64,000 nucleotides of DNA, from positions 399,200 through 463,199 of the forward strand of contig NMRA01000304.1 in the NCBI GenBank assembly GCA_002633005.1, read 5' to 3'. Below the pieces are notes generated by a model, which was not told the DNA's origin, searched no databases, and saw only the letters and a program-made list of their open reading frames with translations. A program made the position numbers and the translations under genes. Numbering within the stretch: the first letter of the stretch is position 1; every line of letters begins with the position of its first letter. The DNA comes from Phoronis australis. Lineage: Eukaryota > Animalia > Phoronida. Below, in pieces: positions 11,339 through 23,300 of this stretch.

Positions 11339-14300
11339 CTGCAAAAACATAAGAATAACAGAAATAACAGCTTATATTAATTATAGAAAAAATAATAATC
11401 AGTAATAAAATTGTAGAGTTCATGGTTTTCTGTGATAAGGGAAAACGGATGGAATTCATGGAATCTGACTTCTTTCACAGAATTAATTATTTCAATGGAA
11501 GATATTTTGGGTTTACCAAAAATTAGGACACCAATATCCACGAAATTCAATGATTGTGTTGCAGCTGACATATTCAATTAGTTGTTCATTCTTTCTGAAG
11601 GTGGTGCTGTTCTTTTTCGGTTTTGAGGAACAGACATGACATGCAGCAAGTTATTGGTAAAACGGAAGTATAGAAAATAAAACAATTTCCAGATCATTTT
11701 ATTAAATTTATCACTTTGGAAAAAGGAAACTTAGACATGCTAAAACATATTTATCTGTTTTTGAAAACGAAAAACTGGCATCTACGAAAGTTATTCTGGC
11801 AACACCAATAACAATTCTAATAGTAACAATAATCATAGTAAAACATTAACAAAATGCTTCACAAAGCATTAGTACCAACTGAAGACTTTCATTATATTAT
11901 CCATCTGAGCTCCCCGCTTGCATCTGAAGGCCAGTCTTCAAAGTCACTTAATTTGACATCTACAATTTCCCTACACCACAGTCCTATATCACTATGAAAA
12001 TTCAAGCTCAAAAGTTGTAAACAACGTTACTTGAGATGATTCTGCTCAAATCTTGTCCGAATCAGAGAAATCGTACATAGCAATTGAGCTACTGTCTGCA
12101 CAGTCAGATTGTGGTAATTGCGTATGACAGCCAAGAGTGTACAGACAGGGCTTAAGTACTAGTCCACGAGAGCACCAACCATGAGCGGCAAGGTGGGGGT
12201 CAGCCGATTTTCACCAAATTTGGCACATATGTAGTCCTATGGGATCTATAAACAGCGGTAAAATATTTCCTCAAAATATTTTGTTTTTCTCAAGTTATAG
12301 GTTCAAACACATTTTACGGTTTCGCAGCCATGTTTTCACGGTATAAAAACTGTCCTGTTTTAACTGTTCATATTTTTCCTTGAATGAAAGCTATTGATTT
12401 ATTATTCACTTGGCATTGTTTAGTGGTGCCTATAGATTGTTACACAGATGTCTTGAAACACGATTCCGATTTACCACCCTCATTTAGTAGTTTTACTACA
12501 CTGCCCCCCGTTATGCCATTTTGAGGTTGTGTTCAGTACACTGCTGTACCAAATCTGCCCCCACTGTTATGAGAATGAAACTTAGCCAAAATGTTGACAA
12601 AACATGTTACTTTCATTTCATAAAATAAAAACTTTGTCAGCCAGTTTATTAGTTATATATTTTGGCACCTCAAATGTACTAAAATGAGAAATTTTCATAT
12701 ATCTGAGATCGATGCGTGAGCACCGTAAAATCCGATTGTCCTTCATGTTTTTCGATATTTTGCAACAAGTTAGTTCCTCCTGAATGTTTTGAACGTTTTA
12801 CTACTGATCACTTAGGGCTATAGTACCCCTAAATACCATACATGGCTCCATTTTGTAAAAAGCCGATTATGTCCTCCACAGTGAACAGGGTTAGACATGA
12901 ACTCGACAAATGTAGGTTATTTTGATTTACAGTTGTTTTACTTTGCAATTTCCTCATGGGTATTTCTTCACACATATTCAAGTCAGATTTTCTGTTGATC
13001 AAATGTTCATGCAATGCATTGTAATATCAAATGAATGATAAGTTTGGTGGCATGACCGCAGTTTTTCCCACGACTTAAAACAAAAGACCGCAGAAATTTT
13101 CCTGACGAAATACCGGGTTTGCAGTTCTCTAAAAACATTCGAATGACAAGACAAACTCCACCACTGTCTGTGGCAACTCGTCGCATGTTTTTCGCCCATC
13201 GGTCCTATCATTGTTTTCCATTGTTGTGTCACTGTTGGATATAACAACACAGGTCGCATGGATATAGAACCTTGCGTACATCAGACCGTTGCCGATAAGT
13301 GCTCGTCATTATATCTTTATTATAACAATGAAGATGCTAATCTATTGTTCTCTATGCGACCAGGTTTCCCGTGGATGACCACAGAAGAGGAATCCCAAAG
13401 TATCCACAAACAATGACCACGCACCTTAGTAACTATTACCGCGCACACGAATCCTTTCCGTGGAACCTAAACACCAAATTTTTATATCCGTGTATTGTGT
13501 TGTATTGCTCATGGTACGGGTTCAGACTCTGTTGTATTAAGATTCCAATCCCCAACCCAATCTGTAGTTTGAGTAAAATTTCAAGACAATGCAGGTTTAT
13601 GGATTTATTCTCCTTAAAATGAAGAGTAAAAATCAAATTCTGCACAGGTTTTTTAAAAGTAATCACTTATTGGAAGATCACACATCTAAAAAATAAAACA
13701 ATGTTTGACAATTTTATTCATTATCTTATTTGAAAATTGCCTACCTCACAGACAACTCATCTAAGCTGAAAATATTCCTTGTGAAAAAATATAAAATACC
13801 AACCAGAGACTTGTGTACTACAGAATATGTTTTCATAATACAATGCAAAGATAATTGTACAGTCAAAAGTGCAAATATTATGACTCTAATAAAAAATTGC
13901 CTTCTAGATCTTTTCAACACTCTAATTGCTACAGGACAGAGTCAACCACACAAAGCCCATAAAGTCAGGGAATTACATTTAAGGTGATGTAGTCTCACTG
14001 CGAAAAAGTGATTTCGCAATATCGCTGACAACACTGGAAATCTCTTCTTCACAAACTTGAGGTAGCTGTATTTACCACATCAATGTTCTTATCAAAACTA
14101 ACCACCACAAAATGAAAAATTGGCATGACGGTTCCAATTAGGCAGCATTTTACATTGAAATGGTCATGAAAAAATACTTTTGCAACATGGTTTGCATTAC
14201 AATTGCCCTACGATTACAGTTGTACATACATACTAGACCACTAACAAAATTACCCATGGGAACCATAAAATGGTCAATTCGCCAAAAAAACAAGGAGCCA

Positions 14301-17300
14301 CCAGAGCTAATGTGCCAATACTTTTCAGTACTGCAACAAAAATCATTTGAAGTGGACATAAACTCGCCTAGAATCACATAAAACAACTTTTGATTTAGAC
14401 ATTTTACCATCACGAAATAGGTATTACTTCCAGGTCACTTTTGAGCAATTTCAGAACTTTGAAAGATCTGGCAATATGCAATTGCTAGAGACCAGACTAA
14501 TAGTGTGTGATTTTATACACACAGCATGGTCTCAAGGAATAGCAAACTGTCAATTCGCTATAATTCCAGAAATCACTTCCCATCTGGATAAGGAACAAAC
14601 TGAGCAAATTTTATAGAGGTAAATGGTCTAAATCAAAACTTATTACCTCGTGGACAGAATAAGGGTTTACAACCCAGGTAGAAAGATAAGTTAACAAAAC
14701 CAGCCTAACTGCAACAGGGTCTCAAATTTCAGTAATATATACCCATTTACAAACAAAAATCTATAATGTTAAATAAAATGCGGAAACATAAATTCAGATC
14801 AATTACGCATCTTCAAGGAAAAGGAATAGTACAGTGGTCAGAAATCATCTAAATGTGATGGCGACACTGAGAAATCCTGTCAGACCAAAAAATCCAGTGG
14901 CTAAACGAAATGAACAATGTACCATTACCATGTGGCCCAGGATCATGATCCGTGCCTGGAGAAAAATTCAGTCTTAGACTAGGTAAATTTTAGATTTGTG
15001 CTGTTCACACAAGCAGTTCTGGTGCAAACAAAGCTTGCGACAACACACAAGCCTACTTCCCTACACAGCTGTGCTGATACAATAATGCCCCCACTGGATT
15101 TAGCAGATCAGCCAGAGTATTTACAGGTCCAGCCACTGTACTGTTTCCTCCCTTTGAATTTTTACAATGCTACATCCTTGACAATCGCAGATTGCCTCTT
15201 TCAATGCATACTCCACTTCCTCTGTCCCAGTTTCCCCACATTTGCTGAGAGTGGCCTATCTCAACAAATTACTTTGGACCTGTTGTGGTATAAGCCAGTA
15301 ATCTTTGGCAAATACTTTTTCCCCCGACTCGTTCCTCAAGCTACAAATTCTCTTTGACATATCTTCTGGGAGTAGACTTTACGGCCTCTCTCTAGCCCCC
15401 TCACTTAGTTGTCCAGAAGGGTACCTTCTTGCTGGTTGTGAACTTTTCCATACCCAACCTTTACTAATAATCGGCAAGTCTCCAACTTCAGCAGAAGCCA
15501 CTTCTTCAGCATAAGCCTTTCCTGATTCCTAAAATTGTATTAATGAAAAAATTAAACATATTAAATTTAATGTGGCCATTTCGGCTCAGAAAATATGAAT
15601 ACCAAGCTAAAGTGAAGGCACCAATATTTTTGACGGCTTTAGCATGTTTAATTAACTTCATAATCGCAGAAATTCATTGGCAGACATAACATACTCCCTA
15701 GTCTCTAAAAGTAGTTCATGGGCAGAAGTCATGTTACACATTTGGTGGTTGTTATGAAAAGTTATGATGACTACCTATTTTCTATGCCAATGTATACATG
15801 TAGTTGCATAAACATCAACACATTTGAATAAGATATGATTAAGCAATAAGGCCCAAGTTATAAGCAATCACGGTGTGACAATAAAAGTATTTTTGCATGA
15901 ATGACGTGCTTCTAAAAATATTCCTCAGGGTCAGACCCTGGAGTTTAGTGATTCCTACCTGAGCTCACACGAAGCAGGACGTTGAACCTTGACTTAACGT
16001 CTTTGGTCATTTTTCAGACCTCTATCAGGCTCTATCAGATTTCTCCTCTAGTGTGCAGTGGATGTTCTCAGTGTCTTTGGCGACAGCAATATATCTCGAG
16101 TGTTGTAACGATGATTCGGGCAAGTGAATCTAATAAGGTAGATTATGTAGCTCCTGCTCCACACCTGCCTCCGAGGCAGACACTGAGACAGACTACTTCT
16201 CAGGAGGACACGTTCCACCTCCACATCAGCTCCACGTACTCTTATAAGGTGCTCAAATGTCTCGCTCTATACCTTGTGCATTTCCCAAGAGTTTCCAAAG
16301 TTGTTTCTCTCCGCAATTTGTAGAAATACCACATTCGATGCGACTGGCAGTGCCAGATAAATAGATAAATTCGCAAACCCGCACTTTAGGTCAGCCATCA
16401 TTCAACTAACGCATTGTAAGCTTTAGTTTGGTATTCAGACGAGTTGGATGAACAAATTTAGTATAATTTCATATTTTAGTGGGAAATGCTAGTGTCTTTA
16501 AAATTAATTAAAAACATTTAAGCAAACCAATTCTTTTAATTGTTGTATTATACCACGGCATATTAATGCGTAGAAACGGCGCACAACTAGTGACTGGTTT
16601 AACATGACAAATACACATACGCGGTCTGAAAATAGTGAAATTCAGACACCTATTACCAAGCCTGCCTGAAGGGCTGACAAAGTTTTTATTGTATTAATTT
16701 CAAGGGCATGGAGTCTTCTACATGTCCATGTTATTATTTTTAGTTTTCTCGCGGGGGCAGCTTCGCTATAAGGGTACAACTTACTGCTGGTTTTTCACAA
16801 GAAGGAAATGTACCTCCACGGAAACAGTTCCAGTGTTACCATGGTAACAGATATTGCAGTGTCGGTGCCGTTTTTACTGACATTGGTCATGAACCTATCA
16901 TGTGATATCAAAATTGTTCAGAAACGATTCTGTTTGAAGCAGAAACTGGAGTAGAAAATTTGGTCAAAAATGACTCATTCCACACCAAGAAATTGCCTCA
17001 TTTTGCCCCCAAGAACACTTCCCTTGTATCTCCTAAACCACCAAACTTTGTGGTGTCATACTTCACCCAATTTCTCTCATCCCTAATGTGATTTATCAGA
17101 CTAAACATGGATCTGAATGGCTGACCCCCCACCTTGCCGCCTGTTGGCTGTACAGTGGTCGGTGGATCCGTGGACTGATACTTAACAATAAGAACTATGG
17201 GTTTAGACTGTGAACATTTAATACAGACCTTTATCAATAACTAGCTTGGCTAAGCTCTCAAAAAAATAACGAAAACATAGCCGGCATATATACTAGATGT

Positions 17301-20300
17301 TCAATTTAAAGCCCTAATGAACGTGGTGAGGTTTGACATTATTCTTGGAAAAAAAACGTAAATCCGGTTATGAAGTGTTTCAAATGAACATAGTATTGCT
17401 ACACTCAGAGGTTTCGAAAGCAATTTTGCACAACTTGCTAATATATGAAATGATGCCAATTTTGATGATAATTCATCCCATTTAGCACAAAAATTATAAT
17501 TGCCAAACTTAAAATTTTCCTATTTTTCAAAGGCTAAACACATCTACACACTGCAGATAAGAACTTCCTAAATAATTACTTTCTTTACAAAATATACTTC
17601 ACGTGTTGATCATGTTACGTACTAACTATGTGAATCGTTGACAAATTATGCTTTCAAAATTACTAAACTTGTAGCGCAGAACTTCAAAACAACCGTACGT
17701 TTCGAAATGTCATTGCTGAGAAAACCGAAAGCAATTCTTACCAATTTCTTGTTTTGTCGACATCTTATATTCACTATCATCATCATCGAAAGTGGGTCGT
17801 TTACGACCGCTGTGGGTTGCTGACCTGCGAGCAGCTGCGCTAGATTGACGACTTCCGCTACCACTGCGGTCTGGAAAGAAGAGATCATTACTGATTACCA
17901 TTAGTTAAACAAATATCCAAAAGTACACGTAAGATGGATTTAATCCTGAGTGCGGTAAAATGACACAATATGGTGGCAAAGTGAAATTTTATATTCTAAT
18001 CTTATCACAAACTTCATGCTCTACTATCTCCTGTGCCAAAGCTACCGCTAGACAATATTTTGAAAAACCACGGGCATTCACAACAAAAAAGAAAGAATAC
18101 AAAAAATGCAACTTTAGCATACATTTTGTCCAAAATTGGAGAAATATTGCAATTTTTCTTTTGTGCTTGTTTGTACATACTTAAAATACAAAATAAGTAA
18201 AGTATTTTACAAAATACGGTCTGCAACAATTTCAAAGATTAATGCTTGCAACAGTAATCAATGTATTCCAACAAAAATCAATTCTTAATGAACTTCCAAT
18301 ATTTTCAGCAACTCAACACATTTTGATTTAATTAACCTCAATCATAACGACTGACCATGAGATGGTAAGGATATCATTGTAATTTAAAAATAGTACAAGT
18401 CATTGAAAATATTTCTGCCTGAAAGTGGTGAGATTCTACCGTACTTTACAAGGAGGACAAACATTGTCATCAAAAGACAAAATAAAGAAATTAAGTTTAC
18501 TCTAAAATACTACAATAACTACCAAGAAGGCAAAAGCCCTTAAAGTGTATGTAATCAAAAACAGTTACTACACTGGGAATTATTATTTTCAAAATAACCC
18601 AGATTAGCATAGCCAAAGGTGGTGTTCAACCGAGTGGCTCAAATCCAACCAATGTATTCCTTTCCTCATGAGAATAGCAGTGTTGAAAGGCTGCTCAACG
18701 ACTTATGCGCACAGCCAAACTATCAAGACGAAGGAGGGTTTTAATTTAATCACTTAATGCAGTGTAACATGCTGCAAGATGAGTCATGGCACGTTAAAAC
18801 AGTAGCACACATGTTAGAACACAACACTTGGTCACGTGGTCAACAGCCACTTTCAAGAAAACCCACACTCCCCCACGTCTAAAGCTGTCGTATTTACCCA
18901 TTATGCTGAGTCTTTGTATGGCATTTGCACCACAGTTGTGCACTGGCAATCACTGTTTTGCATTAAGGTTACACTAATAGTTACCTACAGGGTCTTGCAG
19001 TTTGAGAACCAGTTTTCTACACTAAACCACAGGCTTCAAACTGGTTCTCGAAATGCGGGACCCCTGTAAATGACTATTGGCAAAATTACTTTGCCACTTG
19101 TCATTCTGGTGCCAACAAAATTTGACTGTTGCATAATGAGAGGCAATGTTTGTTCAAGGCGATTCATCACTGCTCACTTATCCTCTGAAAGGTGTCAGCA
19201 TCCCTACTATTTGAAAACTAGGTCAATGAGTTTTCTACATCCACAAAAGAGGAGACTTGAATTCGTAATACGAGAACTACATTTTTTACACTTTAGTGTA
19301 CAATAATTATAATTCTTATTGTTTGTGTTACATTGTTCATGTTACATTGTTCCTGTTACATTGTTCATGTTATTGTTAACAGCACACATCACTATGTTAT
19401 ATTAAAACGATTATAAACCCGACTTCCATCACAAATGATTTTTAATTTAAACCATTTTCTGTAAGAAAAGTGGTCTAAAATTGTTTCTTAATTGACCTGG
19501 AAGTAATTTCAGGGCTTTGAAAGAGCCGGCAATTCATTATGATTGCTGGAAGCCAAGCTCTACAAGCTGCCCTCTCGTGGTGTATCATTTTATGCCTTAA
19601 GCAGAGCCTTAAGGAAATTTTGCTTCTTGGATGGACTGTGGGTTTATAGCGCCTTTATGTGAACACCTCATGACATCTTACCTGAACCAACACCTGGCAA
19701 AGACAAACAAGACAAAAAGTGGAATCAATAAACGAATAGTATATGTGGTAAATATGTTGTCTTACTCCAGGAAGTTGACGAAAAGACTATGCAAAATTAT
19801 CATTAAGTCATAACCCCAAATCACTTTTTATTAGCTGCTTAAGATAATGTTATGTGCGGAAGGAGATGGATAAAAATAATATCTTAAAAAAGGATGAGAG
19901 TCCTTGTGAAGTCATTTCGAGAATGGGATAACGTGTCAACATTACAATGTTTGCGTAGTTCTCTAGACTAGACTTGATGTTTGGTAATGCAAAGACAAGT
20001 GAGAAATAAATTTCAGTCATGCCTAGCAGTTTTGGATAATTAGTAGGGCAAGGAGTGCAACGCACATTCACCAGTTATGACGTAAGTGCTATTAAACACC
20101 ACATTGACTTCTGTATTCCTCAGAGCCCTCTCATACGCTCACAATGACATTGCACTCTTGAGTCCGCAGAAGCCAATGCAGAGATCAGGAGCACTTGTTT
20201 AAAAGAAAATTTTTTTGCCAACACACATAAATATTTATGATACAAGAAGTAATCTGAAATCAGTATTAGGTTTTTTAGTGTATCTCAGATTAGCAGGCTA

Positions 20301-23300
20301 AACAGAAAATCCAGTGACTTATTCAAGGTTTAGGCTAACAATTAAATTTCATAGTACCTTTCAAAATCAAAAGACCTCACAATACGGCTTATTCGAACAC
20401 AGAGGGGGTGAAGGCTTTTTTCATTATCTGCCTAAAGGCAATTTGCCTAGGTGAACGTTAAAGTAAGACTTATCATGCTCCACTAGAAGCTCACATAGAA
20501 GAGGATTTTGTATGCCTAGTTTGAGCTGTGACGCAACTACCTCAAATCCTCAGTGTAGTGATGTTCTGACTGAATAATCGAGTGCGAACTGTATTTCGCA
20601 ACGGCTACATGAGAAAGGCTTAAGCAAATAAAACTGAAGCCCTTTTATCAGAGATTGCACTATCTAGGTTGACATCCAATGAAAACTGCATGAAGCAGGG
20701 TGGCAGGGGTACACGTGCCATCGATAATTTGTGTCATCAGCTGCAAAACGATTGATTTGTAGGTCATGACTGGTTTGAGGGTGCGGAAAATTTGTGACAA
20801 ATGCACGCCTCAAAGGGGTAAGAGGGAAGAGGGAAAGAAGTCGATACTAAGTTGCAGAGTTGGACAATTCCCTGGAATGTGTGTGGGGACCCTACTATTT
20901 CAACTTAATACAAGCTTCATAATTAGAAGACGTCAGTCACTTTTATCTTGAGTCTAAGCCAGAAAAATTCCTATAGGGTCACAGTCACTCTAATTTTGCT
21001 GGTGTTCTGTCAGTCATTATTGCAGTCAAAATAAACAATCATGACTATAATTTGTACAAATATCATACTGACAACTTACCACCAGGTATATAATTTTACA
21101 AAATCCAAAAATGCAATAACTCAGCTCATGTCCAAAACGTACATATTTTATTATTATTATCATTTACACGATAACCACGAATACACGTACCACTGCCTGC
21201 ACTGTTATCCCTCTTGCCTCGCCCGCTACCATGGCGCCCACTATTGGCCCGCTGTTCTCTCATTTCCTTCGTCTTCTCCGCCTTCTTCAGGGCTGTAGCG
21301 TAGTCTTGTGCTTCTTTAAGACCAAGATCAGTACAAAGACGGACCAGGAACTTGAGACCTGAGTACAGAACATAGCAAGGTAAGCAATGTGGACACTTAT
21401 ATCCTTCCATCACACACAAATGTGAAATTTGTCTCCAAATTTCCTAAGTTAAACTACAGGTGATTTGTGGGCCTGTAAGGAGCTAGCACTTTGTTCTCAC
21501 TTGAGATGAGGTTGACGAAGACGGCTCGTCATGTCACGACATTCTATGCACCGAGCATGGTCTAGACAATGACAACCTGCTAGTTATTTCCCCAGCCCCA
21601 CAGCGCATTTGAGTTGTGAATAAGCTGAGATCAAAGCTATTGAGGAGACTTTTTTAAAATACCCAACAAAACATTTCTAAATCTGCAACAGGGGGGAGGC
21701 GACTGACTTTTTCATGACTTGTTTTCAATGCAAGAGTGCCTTTTCTGACAAAATTCCAAACAAAAAAGGTCACTTTAAGAGTTTGAAATCAATAACTAAT
21801 ACAAGGTTCTTTTTCTAACAGCACAATTCTCCAGAAACTTTTTACAGTATCTGTATTTTTAAAACTTTGGTTTCCAAAAGATGAACTCATTCTGACGACA
21901 TAGCATCTTACAGTTTCAGGAAGAATGGATTAAAACTTCAGCTCTTAAAGCATCCCAGCAAAAGGGTTAGAGATATATGGAATTAACCCCAGCACAAGAG
22001 GGTGTTTCTGTAACAAAACCCTATGTAAGACTAGCTTTTCCTGGGAACTCCCAACAAAAGGGTTAGAGATATGTGGAATTAACCCCAGCACAAGAGGGTG
22101 TTTCTGTAACAAAACCCTACGTAAGACTAGCTTTTCCTGGGAACTCCCAACAAAAGGGTTAGAGATATATGGAATTAACCCCAGCACAAGAGGGTGTTTC
22201 TGTAACAAAACCCTATGTAAGACTAGCTTTTCCTGGGAACTCCCAACAAATGTGTCCCTCTTTCGAGTACATTCTCTAAATGGGTGGGTGGGTATCCTAA
22301 TTTTCCAGCAGCAACCCCAACAAAATTCAGTCGAGTAACCCCAGGGCCACTGTCCGACTTGTGACTTACATTCGACGTTCTCTGGGAACTTCTTGTGTAT
22401 CGCTTTGTACGTTTCTAATGCCTGCTGGTAGTTGCCGCTCCTTCGATGGCAGCTAGCTACCATCAGCTGCCATTTGACCTGGTTGGGTCTGCAAGAAAGA
22501 TGCATACACGTAACCATGGTGAATGCTTGCGCAGCATCCACGCAAATATGCAAACTTACACACAGGCATGGAAATCAACGTTTAACCCAAAAATTTTCAC
22601 TCATTTTGCACCAAAAATAATTGTCAAAATTTGCACTTTATTTTCAAAGGTTGGTAACCTCGATGTAAATATTGTTAACTTTTACCAAATGTTGTTTTAT
22701 GATTTCTATACAACTCAAACCAAGTTAAGGTTACATAGGACCTTATTTGCTGAATATCTACAAAAGTATAGATATGTTCTTGATGAAATCTAAACAACGC
22801 TGTTACAGTTTTCTAAAATATCGCTTCGTTTTCACTTTGCAAAACTTTTGATTTGTTTCATAAAAATCATGAAAGATCTGTTGTTTTCATAGCCCTCATG
22901 CAAAAAGTGGAATATATTAAAAACAACAATTCATGATAGCATATTGGAAAACTCTGCATAAAGTCTTATTTTTTTTGTGGACGAATGTATATTTCACTGG
23001 GTTTCAGGTAGCTCTTGGCAAAAGAGTAGATAATTGGGGCATGAGCTTAACAGATTTTCAGCACTGCTCCCATCTGGAATGGTCACTGAGCAAGAATAAA
23101 TTTTGATCTAACAAACTGCTTTTTACAAGACGATTCGTGTTGTTGAGATTTTACAGAACGCTAACAGTGAAACAAATTGCAAATAATCTCACAGGACCAA
23201 GAGGTAAAAAATTATCCAGGTTAGCCTATGACCAATTTTCTTATTAATTACTCGATGCATTATCTTTACCAACATGTCTCATTTCGCGCAGTTACGAAAC

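Noticed and set aside
12046-12095. Possible alternative last exon of IFT88 (DSSSIAMYDFSDSDKI*)
   Set aside because: The acceptor is weak (tctgactgtgcag) and lacks a pyrimidine tract, and this exon would drop the conserved C-terminus. No independent support.
21953-22250. CRISPR-like array
   Set aside because: Units are contiguous near-identical 96-mers with no unique spacers, in a eukaryotic intron with no cas genes.
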